This document shows positions 1 through 11,699 of a DNA stretch of 64,000 nt, piece by piece. Under the pieces are notes generated by a model. It was not told the DNA's origin. It was given only the letters and a program-made list of their open reading frames with translations, and ran no database searches. The translations under genes and the position numbers were made by a program. The stretch covers positions 100,566,001 to 100,630,000 of the forward strand of contig NC_058368.1 of assembly GCF_018350175.1 (NCBI RefSeq), given 5' to 3'. The stretch comes from Felis catus. Lineage: Eukaryota. Position 1 is the stretch's first letter, and the number at the start of each line of letters is the position of its first letter.

Positions 1-74
1 TCATTCAAGGTCCCAACCAAGGGGATCGTGATCTATTTTCGAAACCCAAACAAGGCTCTGGTTTAAATTACAGC

Positions 75-989
75 TGTCAAATGCTGGCTACCCAAATATC
101 GGTAGAACAACCTGTTAATAATACAAAACAATTTATTCCTTATCAAGGTAAGAGAGAACATAGCTCCATAGACTTAAAAACATTGTTTTACTTGAGGTGA
201 AATTCACATGACATAAAATCAACCATTTTAAAGTGGGCAGGTCTGTACATTCAGGAAACTCACAATGTTGTGCAACCATCACCTTTATCTAATTCCAAAA
301 TATCTGCATCACTCCCAAAGGAAATCCTGTAACTATTAAGAAGTCACTCCCCGTTTCCCTACGTCTATCCCAAATTCCCAGCAACCATTTACTGCCCTCT
401 TTATCCATAGATTGACCTACTGTGGATAGTTCATTTACATGGAACCATACAGTATATAACCTGTTGTGTCTGGCTTCTTTCACTTTGCATAATATTTTTG
501 TGGTTTATCCACACTGTGGCATGTATCAGTACTCTGGTTTTTGTTGTTGTTGTTGTTGTTGTTTCTGTTTGTTTGTTTTTGGTTTTTTATGGCTGCTTAG
601 TATTTTATTGTATGGCTCGACCACACTTTGTTAATCCATTCTTCTTCCACTGATGGACGTGTGAGTTTGGTTTCTTGTTGCTGTCTCATCTTTTGGCTGT
701 GAGGGAAGGGTAAGTTCTGATCTACTGGAATTATGAAGTCTGGGTTCAAGGGTCATCTTCTAAAGCCAGGACTTGAGTAGGACTGGGTAAGGATTATTAT
801 ATAATAGTGTGAGATTCCTAGAAACAGCAAGCATTTTGAAGCACAAGCTTACGGAGTCTTGAGATTGTGGGCTGCCTGTTGATGCTTTCAGTTAAAGACT
901 TGATGGATCTTTCAGGAAATTCCTGTAATAAACAATCCATTTATTTACTTGGGCAAGAGACTCTTGAAATAGTATTTCTGCTCTTGACA
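75..989 (-). mobile_element. Solo endogenous-retrovirus LTR, family unassigned, split by an L1MB insertion (LTR parts about 75-173 and 676-989)
   Basis: Terminal inverted TGTCAA (75-80) and TTGACA (984-989). Minus-strand AATAAA near 132-137 followed by an LTR-like tail. Flanks acagc/gcagg could be a decayed 5-bp TSD. Confidence 0.55.
174..675 (-). mobile_element. L1MB-type LINE-1 3' end fragment
   Basis: Typical reverse L1MB 3'UTR words: ttgaggtgaaattcacat, caatgttgtgcaaccatcacc, tggcttctttcactt, tgatggac. Internal (GTT)n at about 541-561. Confidence 0.85.
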
Positions 990-1997
990 GCAGGGGGATC
1001 ATAAAGTTGTATTACTATAGATACTAGGCTTTGTGGTGTGGTCCTCACACTACAAGAGATCGAGATAGATGAAAAAGGATGCGTTTTCTGGCAACGCTGG
1101 GGACAGAACTGCTCTTGAACCATTCCAACTACAAAATTCTATAAAATAAGTTAACCAAGGACAATTCATATAGGTGCCTCTGATAAATGGCGAGATCCTC
1201 GGAGCAAGAACCGTATCTGTCGGCCATTTCTATCCCAACATCGTAAGTGATCTAGCATACAGAACAGCTTCCTAAAATCTCAAAGAGTAATAGTAATAGG
1301 ACATTCTTGCGGTGGTGATTAAGCAAACATTCATCTCACGATACTATGTATTTTGCCAATAAAAATGAGCACCACCTTAAATATCTTCAATTTGTTGCTT
1401 TGTACCATCTGTGCTCATGGGAAGCCATTTTATCATTGAATAAATAATGATCCTTTGCAGTTTGACCATTTACCCAATCTCTAAAAGGATATGGGAGTAG
1501 TTGGAATGTCCTTGCAAGGTACCAGCCGTAAAGACTAAAATAAACTTGGCAGCTAAGTTAAGTATCCAGTAGCCGATGCTGCCTGATAACACAGTGTATT
1601 TATAATAAGAGTTTCCCATAATTAAAGAAAAACTAACTGTAAAGGAGTAGAAAGAACAAATATTTCATTCCTGCTGCCTTTGGATCGATCAAAAAGAATA
1701 TTGCAAGAGTCAAGACTTGGCTATTTAATTTCAAATAGAAATCACTCAATATTGTAAGGCACAAGGAAAAAAAATAGTTGCGCTCGATAGGGCATATACT
1801 TCCGAAATCCTTGGTATCTTTTTTAAACTAAAAAGAGTGCTCTAGTTTACCTGCCTCTAACCAGTGTCTATGGGGAAAGAAAGTGGAATCACCCCCCAGG
1901 CCACTTGTCAATGAAAAACATTGGCTTGTTTTGGAATCAGAAAAAATTGCCTTTGCTGAAAATAATGAATATTACTTCAGAGAGATTTTTTTTTAAG

Positions 1998-2029
1998 ATC
2001 TTCCTTTTATTTCTTTTTTTTTTAATTTT

Positions 2030-2060
<31 letters not shown>

Positions 2061-2202
2061 CAAGCAGGGGAAGGCAGAGGGAGAGAGAGTATCTTAAGCA
2101 GGCTCCACCCCCAGTACAGAGCCCAGCGCAGGGATCCATCTCATGAGTGTAAGCTGAAATCGTGAGTCAGATGCTCACTTGACTGAGCCACCCAGGTGCC
2201 CC
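1998..2202 (-). mobile_element. Can-SINE
   Basis: Reverse head tgagccacccaggtgcccc, (GA)n tract, TSD agagatttttttt(t)aag on both sides. Confidence 0.92.
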
Positions 2203-2309
2203 TGGAGAGATTTTTTTTAAGTGGATATGAAGGATAAGGGTCATTTACATTTTTCATGTATTTCCCCGGTACTTTTCTTTCCTTTTCTTTTTGTTAACAG
2301 TACCCCTTT

Positions 2310-2675
2310 GTTTTTAATTGTGGCGAAATAGACATAACACAAAACTTACCATTCTAACCATTTTTAAGCAAACAGTTCTGTGCCATTAATACCTTCACAC
2401 TGCTGTGCAACCATCACCACTGTCTGTCTCCAGAACTTTCTCATCTTTCCCAGAAGAGACTCTGTACCCATGAAACAACCACCTCCCATTCTGCCACACC
2501 CCCCCGCCCAGCAACCACTCTTCTATGGTCTGTCTCTATGACTTTGACTCCTCTGAGTACAACATAGAAATAGAATCACACAGTTCTTGTCTTTTTGTGA
2601 CCAGCTTATTTCACTTCGCGTAACGTCTCCAAGTTTCATCCATACCCTAGCATGTGTCAGAATCCCCTCCTTTTC
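2310..2675 (-). mobile_element. L1MB-type LINE-1 3' end, left half of a split element
   Basis: ttttaattgtggcgaaata...tgtgcaaccatcaccac...cttatttcactt...catgtgtcagaat. Confidence 0.88.
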
Positions 2676-2959
2676 TTTTTTCCCCTAGAGAATCAGCTTG
2701 ACGGTACTGGCATCATTTTGTTTGCGAATGTTGGCACATTTTGTGGCATTATGAGGCATCCATGAGATGTCTGAGCATTTCAATTTTGAATCCAAAAAAT
2801 AATCCCCTCTGTGACTAGATGAACACGAAGTTATCCAATGGGCACACCTTCATGGATTTCACAGAGATAAGGTCAAAATAAAATTTTGTAAGTTTTGCAT
2901 GTGAAGGGCTCTGCTACAATACATACAGAAAAGACAAAAGAAGCAAATGGTAAATACCT

Positions 2960-3425
2960 GCATAGTAGAAAGAGCCAGTCTATGGAGTAAGAAGGACCTA
3001 GATTTAGTCTCAGTTCTTCAGCTTTACTGATGTTTCAGAATTAAAAAAAAAAAAAATTACACAGTCTTTTTCATCCTCAGTATATTCACCTGAAAACCAG
3101 ATTTAATAATGCCTTTCCTGGGGCGCCTGGGTTGCTCATTCAGTTAAACATCCAAGAATCTGGATTCTGGCTCAGGTCATGATCTCACAGTCATGAGATC
3201 CAGCCCCACATCAGGCTCCACTCTGGGCATGGAGTTTGCTTAAGATTCTCTCTCTCTCCCTCTGTCCCTTTCCTGCTGGCACATGTACTTTCTCTCTCTC
3301 AAAAAAAAAAGTAACAAAAAAATAATAATGCCCACCTTGAATGGTTGTTGGAGGGATTTACAATAATATATGCAAATGCCTTAGCATGGCGCTTAGCACA
3401 GAGTGAAAGCTATAGAAATTTCTCT
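2960..3425 (+). mobile_element. MIR interrupted by a Can-SINE
   Basis: MIR-like head, cctcagt..ttcacctgaaaa core and ggttgttggagggatt...ttagcatggcgcttagcaca tail. taataatgcc is duplicated around the SINE. Confidence 0.65.
3120..3322 (+). mobile_element. Can-SINE
   Basis: ggggcgcctgggt head, ggctcaggtcatgatctc, (CT)n, A tail. Confidence 0.93.
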
Positions 3426-3499
3426 CCTTGCTAATATTATTTGTATCGTTATTCTACTTTGGGCTCTTTTTTCCCCTTTATTTATCTATTTGGTTATTT

Positions 3500-3703
3500 A
3501 TTTTATGTATTTATTAATGTTTATTTATTTTTGAGAGAGAGAGAATTGAGGAGAGGCAGAGAGAGAGGGGGACAGAGGATCCAAAGTGGACTTTTTGTTG
3601 ACAGCTGAGAGCCCGATGCGGGGCTCAAACTCACTCCCAAACGGTGAGATCATGACCTGCGCTGAGATCAGAGGCTTAACCAACTGAGCCACCCAGGAGC
3701 CCC
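3500..3703 (-). mobile_element. Can-SINE (felid type)
   Basis: Reverse head ctgagccacccaggagcccc and tail aatgtttatttatttttgagag. Confidence 0.92.
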
Positions 3704-3880
3704 TATCTAGTTTATTTACAATTGGAGTGTAGTTGACATGCAATTTACATTAGTTTCAGATATACATCGTAGTGATTCATGAACTCTGTACACGCTCTCT
3801 CACCACAAGGGTGGCTACAGCTGTTACCATACGACACAACGACAATACCATTGACTCTATCTATTCCCTTTGCTTTTCAT
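3704..3880 (-). mobile_element. Carnivore L1 (L1_Carn-type) 3' end fragment
   Basis: gagtgtagttgaca..ttacattagtttcag..caccacaag..gtggctac..ctgttaccatac..aataccattgact. Reverse complement of the same family seen at about 10070-10220. Confidence 0.8.
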
Positions 3881-4282
3881 AAATGGACTTGAAAGAAGAA
3901 AGAATTTCCTTCTTTTTTCAGGCCGAATAGTATTCTCTTGCATGTATATGTCACATTGTTTTTCCATTCATCCATCAATGGACATTCGGGCTGCCCCTAC
4001 GTTTTGGCTACTGTGAATAATGCTACTGTGAAAATAGGTTCATGTCCTTGCTTCCACTTCTTTGGGGTATATAGCAAAAAGCACAATTGCCAGATCGTAT
4101 TATAATTCTACATGTACTTCCTCTAAGAACCACCATGAAGTTCTCCACAGATGCTACACCATTCTGTACTCCCACCGAAGGGCACAAGGGTTCCAGATTC
4201 TCCATATCCTCACCAACCTTGTTATTTCCTGTTTGATTTTATTTCATTTATTTTTATTTTTCATTTATTTTCTTTTTTCAAG

Positions 4283-4392
4283 TTTCCTAAACATTTCTTT
4301 AAGTCATCTCTACACCCCATGTGGGGCTCAAAGTCACAAAGCTGAGATCAAGAGTCTCCTGCTCCTCCGGCTGAGCCAGCCGGGCGTGCCCC
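4283..4392 (-). mobile_element. Short tRNA-Lys-like Can-SINE (SINEC_c type)
   Basis: aagtcatctctacaccccatgtggggctc...tgagatcaagagt...tgagccagcc. Confidence 0.85.
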
Positions 4393-4415
4393 TATTTTAT
4401 TTATTTTTAAATGCA

Positions 4416-4526
4416 TTTTTAAAAAGATTTTATTTTCCACTAATCTCTACACCCAGTGTGGGCTCAAACTTATAACCCTGAGATCAAGAGTTGCGTGCTC
4501 TACCAACAGAGCCAGCCAGGCACCCC
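4416..4526 (-). mobile_element. Short tRNA-Lys-like Can-SINE (SINEC_c type)
   Basis: taatctctacacccagtgtgggctcaaac...ctgagatcaagagttgcgtgctctacc...gccagccaggcacccc. Confidence 0.88.
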
Positions 4527-5034
4527 ATTTTATTTTATAATGGCCATCCTAATGAGTGGGAAGCGTGTCCCGAGGCTAAGTTAGACACCTCACTTTGTCC
4601 TGTGCTCTTTCTCCTCTAGAGTTCTTTTCTTACTTGGTTTGCTCCATTCTCCCGCTTTCCCATTTCTCCTGCTTTCTTCGGTCAAATCAGGAAATAGGCT
4701 TTCAAATTCACTGGGTCCATTTTGTTTCACAGGGAAGACAGGTACATGGCAATGAGTAACTCTCCACCAGTGCTAAGGGAAATGACAATGACCAATATTG
4801 ACTGTTCAGAATACTTGCACATACACTTTGGGGGAATAATTTTAAGTGTGACCTTGAACTTTCTGGGCGGGGTTAAGTTTGTGTTTCCTTGAGAGGGGAG
4901 GCAAAAGAATATTCCAGTCTCTTTCAAGGCTCACAGAGTGTTTTAAGGAGCATAGTACAATGCCCTGTATGTTGGCTATGCCAATTTTGATGTTACAAAC
5001 AGGAATCCGAGAGCATCACCACATTTTGCTAGAG

Positions 5035-5178
5035 TGTGGTCACTAAAGTTCTTTCCTGGCTTTGCCACGAACTTGCCCAGTGGTCTCCGGCAAGTACTTT
5101 CGAAGCTTCAATTTCTAGATTTGTGAAATGAGGATATTTGAGTTTATTACATCTGAGGTCACTTTCAGTGCTGAGATC
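5035..5178 (+). mobile_element. MIR/MIR3 fragment
   Basis: cctggctttgccac..ggcaagt..ttcaatttc..tgtgaaatgagga..tctgaggtc. Confidence 0.5.
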
Positions 5179-5951
5179 CCCTCCCTCCCCACCCCGCCTA
5201 ATATGCCATAACCCTCAGTAGTTATACAGGGATAACACACAGGGATAACTGGAGAAGTAAAGAGGTACCAATCTTCTAGATCAAAGCAATGCAGAAAGTA
5301 AAACTGGATGAGTCCATTTATTAAAAAGAAATTATTCCATTGTATGTGGCTTTCTGTAAATTGAGAGAGAGATCACAGAAAAACACATATCAGAACATAG
5401 CCCATGGCTTGCTCCGGTAGAAAACCACAAAGGTGTTTTGTAACAATATTGATAGTAATGGGAAAATCTGAATTTTATCGTCTTTAATCTTGTTCATCCA
5501 AAAATCTGTTTCTCAGCTGGGGTTATGGGGTTTCAGGGATTTCTGGGTTATCTGGAATTCTTAAAGAACATCTGGAAAGTTATAGGAAAGTTGTAAGAAT
5601 GTAAAGGCAAGGGTGCATTTCATTCCCTGCGTATCTAAGCATTATTCTTTAACTTTGAACATAAGTCTGCTCACAGGTAAATAGAGCTCTTGAACAAAAA
5701 TTATGGTCTGGTAATTAAAATCTGTGGCCGAAATAGTTCAGAAATATCTAAACTACCAATTAATAGGAATTTTTTTTTTACTAATTTTCGTTTTAATCCA
5801 CTAAATCATGAAATCCAATGTCTTGTTTATTCTTGTTTATTTTCATGATGTACTAAACCATACTGTTAACAAAATAGGATTTTGGAGTGAGCTAGATAAC
5901 CTCAACTCTACCACCTACTCGGTGCCCTTCTGAATGTGTCTCATTCATTCT

Positions 5952-6120
5952 GGGTGTCTGGGTGGCTCACCCAGTTAAGTGTCTGACTCTTGGCTCACGT
6001 CATGATCTCGCAGTTGGTGAGTTCAAGCCCTGTGTCAGGCTCCGTGCTGACAGTGAGGAGGCTGCTTGGGATTCTTTCTCTCTCTTCTCTCTTTGCCCTT
6101 CCCCAACTCACAGGTTTTGC

Positions 6121-6153
<33 letters not shown>

Positions 6154-6186
6154 TCTCTCTCTCTCAAAAATAAATAAATAAACATT
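5952..6186 (+). mobile_element. Can-SINE
   Basis: Head gggtgtctgggtggctca, (CT)n, aaaaataaataaataaacatt tail. Confidence 0.92.
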
Positions 6187-8139
6187 TCGGTGTCCAGACT
6201 AAAATAGATGATGAATATTTATGGAATGAATTCATGTTCTATCCCTCCCAGATGCTCCATGTCTCCTTGTGGTCATCACTGATACATGGTTCTGGGCAGT
6301 ATTAGGTCTCCATTGGGCCATTTTTTCCTCTGTAGTATGTCACTTGCACACATGCAAGGTAGCCTCTTTCTAGGCTTTTCTCTTTTCCATTCAGAAGACC
6401 CTTCTCAGGAGCACCTACCTTCAGGGTAGGAGCTTTGCGCTTACCAGTGCACCACTAGACAAACTCACTCTCTTAGACTGCAAGCTTATTTTTTAAACTA
6501 CACAACCAAATGTTGACTGGAGTTTTAATGGTTAATGAAAAGAGAGGCTCCATCCAAACCCACATGCTCATCAAGGATTCACTTTCCATGATCATACCCA
6601 CTGAAAACATATGTGAGTTCTTGTGTGGTCCTATGGGTTCCATTTCCATCCCTCCATTGATATTACGAACTCGGGACGTTTTCTAGGATACAAAGAAATT
6701 CTGCTTGCTCAAGTTTAGGAAGTTCAACAAAGGGGAGTTCTGGATCACAAACCCAGATTTAAGAGTAATGTTATACTCTGATGTCCTGAATGGAACAAGC
6801 ATTACATGGTTTTCTTTGACTATCATTTTCTCTTGGAATAAAAATCTCTGTGATCCATCATCCAGAAAACTACTTAAACATCACCGTTGGGCTGTTGGCC
6901 CAGGGAAGAAGCCACATTGTCTTTTCTTTTTTCTTGTACTTTTCAAGAGAGAATCTGAGTATTTCATGTTGATTGCTTGATTGGCTGCAGAGGGACTCTT
7001 TAAAAATACTAAAAAAAAATCAGGAATCCAGTACAAATCAAACATAAGCTGCTATCAATCATGTGCTCAGGGCATTATGTGAGGTTTTTACTCAGAAAGA
7101 TGTCATTAAAAGTTGCAGAAATTAATTGGTGCCATTGAATGTAATGGCCTTTCCTGCCATAGTTTCTCAAATGTAAAGAAAAATTATAGATAACGTAAAT
7201 TCCTCGTGGGATCCTTGTAGATGTCTGCTTTGTTCTGTTATTGTTTATTGCAAATGTTATTACTGTGATCTATGGCCCTATCATGCTTTGTCTATACTGC
7301 ACTGCTATTCTGCAGCCCACAACAACGGAGGGCTTTACTCATAAGCGAAGACTGTGTTTATTTGGAAATTCTTTGCTTTTATATATTCCAAAAGTGTCTC
7401 AAGGTGTTCATTTTGCGTGTTTAAATTTTTATACAAAAACACATTTGTTCTGATTGATTAAATATTGACTTACACCATTTTTAGAACAACTCTGAATCTT
7501 ATTTAAGTTCAGGCTCTGTGTTCTGCTTTCCCAGAAGGTTTGAATTCAGTGTAATAATGGCTATTACTTTGTGTGAATCAATGGATCGAGACCCACAATG
7601 TTTCTCAATAACAACATTGGTTTAATTAGTAGTAGTTTAAATATTTGACTCTTAATTAAGGAACCATTTTATATCTCTTAAAAAAAGTTTAAGGGAAAGG
7701 AAATTCTTTTTTGAATATCCAATGCTTTCTTGTACTGCATTATCTGTTACTCCATAGCTAAGTTATATTAAATTTTTATCTAACACCACTAGAGGTTAAC
7801 CTTTTGCTTCCAGATACTTTGAAGGCAATTGTGGATGCCTGGTGATTCTTTTCTCATTCTATGGTACAAGAGTCTAGAAATTCATGAAAAGGGACAAGAT
7901 GCCCCTTGGAAATGAAATGAGTTACACCTAAAATTTAGTTTTCTCATCTTTTGGTTGTGTTTTGTGAAATTTTAGAATATCTCTGGGTTAAACAGTATAA
8001 GACACCTTGAAAATTTTAATTAAGATCATGTCAAATGTGGAAAATCTATAATAAAAAGTTAAATTAGATTCAAGGTCAAGATGACTCCTTAGGTTCTCAT
8101 ACTCTCTTGGCCCTAACATACAGAAATGGTCAGGAAAAC

Positions 8140-8361
8140 GGGTACCTGGGTGGCTCGGTCGGTTAAGTGGCAGTCTTCAGCTCAGGTCACAATCTCATGG
8201 TTCATGAGTTGGAGCCCCGCATCAGGCTCTGTGCTGACAGCTCAGAGCATGGAGCCTGCTTTTGAATTCTGTGTCTCCCTCTCTCTCTGCCCCTCTCCCA
8301 CTCGCTCTCTCTCTCTCTCTCTCTCTCTCAAAAACAAATAAACAAAAAAAGAAGAAGAAAA
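8140..8361 (+). mobile_element. Can-SINE (felid type)
   Basis: Full body with TSD agaaatggtcag(g/a)aaaa at 8122-8138 and 8362-8378. Confidence 0.95.
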
Positions 8362-8529
8362 AGAAATGGTCAGAAAAAGAAGAAACAGGTTACTATAAAA
8401 ATTAGAATAAAACTTAGCGTATATAAGAATAATGCAACTAAAGCTCTGCAAGAAACAATATTTTGTTTGCGGTTGTATGATAGTATTTAAAACCTGGCAA
8501 GTTTTAGGGCCTGTTTGGGAAGAGTTATA

Positions 8530-8880
8530 GAATAACTTTCTTTGTTGTTACTAAAAATATAAATAAACATGGATATAAAATAACAGTGGCTACTAAAAAA
8601 ATGTGGATGGATGGTATAGATATCAAACCAGCAAGGGAGAACAGAAGCAGAAATGTTGAAAATGTTAACAGTCCAATTAAATGCAGAAAAAGAGAAGGAG
8701 GGGAAGCAAATGAAAAAATCAAGTGTAAATAGAAAACAAAAAAATTAGATGGTGTAAACAGGTACATCACTAGTCACAAAAATTCAAATAGGTTACTGAC
8801 TCTACCAAAAGACAGTTTATGGAAGTATTTTTGTTTTAGCTGCAGGTACATCTTGTTTGCAAGAAACAACTTGAAACGAA
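8530..8880 (+). mobile_element. Old L1M fragment (inter-ORF region and start of ORF2)
   Basis: A-rich strand with aaatagaaaacaaa...agatggt...aaaagacag...tgtttgcaagaaac, the decayed approach to the endonuclease motifs. Confidence 0.45.
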
Positions 8881-8972
8881 TTTGGTTTTTAAAGGTTGTG
8901 TGGGCTAAAACAGCTTTATGAAAAACGAGGCCAAGGCTACGTGGGCCAAGACGAAGCTAGTCAGTGGAGGAC

Positions 8973-9030
8973 TGTATCAAAGTTCAACCAGAAAAGCAGA
9001 ACCAGTATGGTATTATATTAAGAGATTTAT
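8973..9030 (-). mobile_element. MLT2-type LTR terminal fragment
   Basis: tgtatc..gttcaaccagaaaagcagaaccagta...aagagatttat resembles the reverse MLT2 3' end. Confidence 0.5.
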
Positions 9031-9168
9031 GGGGCACCTGGGTGTCTCAGTTGGTGGAGCATCTGACTCTTGATTTCTGCTCAGGTCATGATTTCACGTT
9101 CCTGAGTTCGAGCTGCACATCAAGCTCTGCATTGACAGTGTGAAACCTGCTTGGGATTCTCTCTCTCC
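9031..9168 (+). mobile_element. Can-SINE, 3'-truncated
   Basis: ggggcacctgggtg head through cctgcttgggattctctctctc; no A tail follows. Confidence 0.88.
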
Positions 9169-9639
9169 TTGATCAGAAATCAGCATTCCATACCACTTCC
9201 CTGTTCAAGGGGCACAAAATAAATGATCTTGCTTTTTCTACTAACTTGAGACTCCTAAGAAGGAACAAATTTTAGGCAAACAGCCACGGGGGATAAAATA
9301 AGATATGAAATTTACCATTAGAAAGATTTTGTCTGGATATCCCATTTTGATAGGGCAACAAGAAATGTGTGAAAACTTTAACCAACGGTGGGGTTTGAGG
9401 GGACAACAGATAAGTTATATAGAGAATGAACTAATGTGGTTGTCTCTTTTCCAGCTCAGTTTTTCTTACAAAGCAGCGAAAATGGATGCTGAGCTTTTAA
9501 GAGCTTTTGGAACAAATGCATTTGGTTACTACAGTAGTCCACAGCAATCTTAAAGAGTATCCTTCTCTTCTTAGGCATGGCCCCCACAGTGGGCACCTGT
9601 GAGTGTCCTTAAGTCCAGAGACCTAATCAAGGATGTGGA

Positions 9640-10222
9640 GGAAAAGGAGTTCTGATGTACTTTTGGTGGGCATGTGCAGCCACTATGGAAAACAGCACAG
9701 AGGTTCCTCAAAAAATTAAAAATAGAAATACCATAGACGAATGGGTAAAGAAGATGTGGTATAGATGCGGTGGAATACTATCCAGGCATAAAAAAGAATG
9801 AGGTCCTGCCATTTGCAAAACCATGGATGGACCTACAGGGCATTGTGCTAAGTAAAATAAGTCAGCAAAAGACTAATAAGATATGATTTCGCTTCTATGT
9901 GGAATCTGAAAACAAAACAAACGAACAAACAACGTGGAAACAGGTCTGTTTCCAAACTGGTGGGTGCCAAAGAGGAGGGGGTGTGTGGGATGGGCAAAAT
10001 GGGCTAAGGAGAGTGGGAGTTACAGGCTTCCAGTTATAGAATGAATAAATGACAGGCATAAAAGGGACAACATAGGGAATATGGTCAATGGTACTGTAAT
10101 GGCACTGTAAGGTGACAGCTGGTAGCTACACTTGTGGGGAGCACAGCATGATGTATGGAGTTGTCAAATCACTGTTGTCCAGCTGAAAGTAATGTAACGT
10201 TGTGTGTCAACTATACCTCGAT
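9640..10222 (+). mobile_element. Carnivore L1 (L1_Carn-type) ORF2 end and 3'UTR, with an internal deletion
   Basis: gcagccactatggaaaacag..gaggttcctcaaaaaattaaaaatagaa..ccata joined directly to gacgaatgg; ends tgtgtgtcaactatac. Confidence 0.9.
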
Positions 10223-11660
10223 GTTATGTATATATAAAGCATAGATAAAACATAGAGGTCTAATGCATATAAAATAATTCCATATTTCCCTCCATAAAGA
10301 GAAGCCTTTTCGAACATACTAAATACCCTTTGACTCTTGTGGCTGGAACTAAAGCGAAGGGATTACAAGTTAGCCGACTGTGAAATCAGCCCTTTTCATA
10401 AGCGTTGGATTTCTGCAAGAACGGAACGCAAACCTCATGTGATCCCTTAGGGCTTTCCTCCAACACTGCCCATTAGCTACCGGGCTTGTGAGAGTAAATG
10501 TCTCCTGGGTATGGCTGAGTCGAGTTTGGTATCTGAGTCTCTCAGCTTGGTAGGTGTCCAGGACAAACGAGAAACTCAACCCTCCTGTTCAGTAGACGCA
10601 CCTCTCTTGTCAAAACAAGTAGCCCACACTTTCTTTTTCACCAGATCACGAGCCCTCTATGTCTCACCGCCAGTGCTCTGACTTGTGACCAGCTCTTCTC
10701 GTCTCCGGAGGGGAAAAAAAAAACACACGTGGACCTTGGGTTCCATAAACGCTCTTTTTCATTTGTGTGCTTCTGTGCTACCTCATTTCTCGAGATATAC
10801 ATGGTAAAACGTCCTTTCTGAAATACTATCGGCCGCTCTTCAGAATTAGGAACATCACAAGTTCCATCTGTCCTCGGGAAACAACGTAGATCAAGTTCAC
10901 GTCTCCTCCAAACACCCGAAGGGATGCTTTTCTTGGGCTTCTTCCTAGTGACCCTCTATATAGTGCGGAAAATATGATCAACTACACCTTTAAAGAGGAA
11001 TGAACTTCCAACTGCCTACTTATTCTTACATATTAGCATTTACATTCAAATATTTTGAGTTGTACAAACCTTAAAGACAAATTTCAAGGCATGTAATACA
11101 TGTTAGCTAAAACTAAGATTTATAGTTCAGTATTCTATCAAATAAAGATCCATACATCCTAGTAGCACTTTTTTTTGGATATCCTTGACATAGCAGAAAT
11201 TGTGAAAAATTCAGATCTCTAAATTTTCCTGGAAATCTGGAAATGTATTGGGCATGCACTTTGTTATGATAATTGTTCACAAGAACTGACTTGTGACTCC
11301 TCTGACTTATGCTCCTTCGTTCTCCATAGCCTCCCAAGAGAAAGGATGAGTTTCACTGTGTTTTTTCATATTATGGCTTGACCTTTTATAAGCCCCTTGC
11401 CCCTGGAGACATCTGGAACTAAACCTCATCTCGTTTTCTACACACTCTGAATCAAACTGTTGGTGCCCATAACAAGGCAGCAACTGCCCTTTTGCATATA
11501 GCAATGTGGAAAAACTTAAAAGAGTCTTTGAATTCACGACTATGAAAACTAAGACGATAGAAAAATGTGTTGAGAATAACTTTTTGAGTTATGACACATC
11601 CTCTGTGCGTAAGAGCAACACACTTACCTATATTACAGTAGGCATTAAAGCCATGCTCAG

Positions 11661-11662
<2 letters not shown>

Positions 11663-11697
<35 letters not shown>
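11663..11697. repeat. T35 homopolymer
   Basis: Direct count. Confidence 0.97.

Positions 11698-11699
<2 letters not shown>

Larger units (their letters stand above)
3901..4565 (-). mobile_element. L1MB-type LINE-1, right half colinear with 2310-2675; carries two short SINEs
   Basis: agaatttccttctttttt.aggc.gaatagtattc...ccattcatccatcaatggacat...ttctccatatcctcaccaac...tggccatcctaatg. Confidence 0.85.

Noticed and set aside
4720..4750. 9-nt microexon cacAG|GGAAGACAG|gtacat
   Set aside because: Weak donor and no other support.
10503..10563. miRNA-like hairpin (also 12324-12361)
   Set aside because: Short, wobble- and bulge-rich stems with no recognisable mature miRNA.
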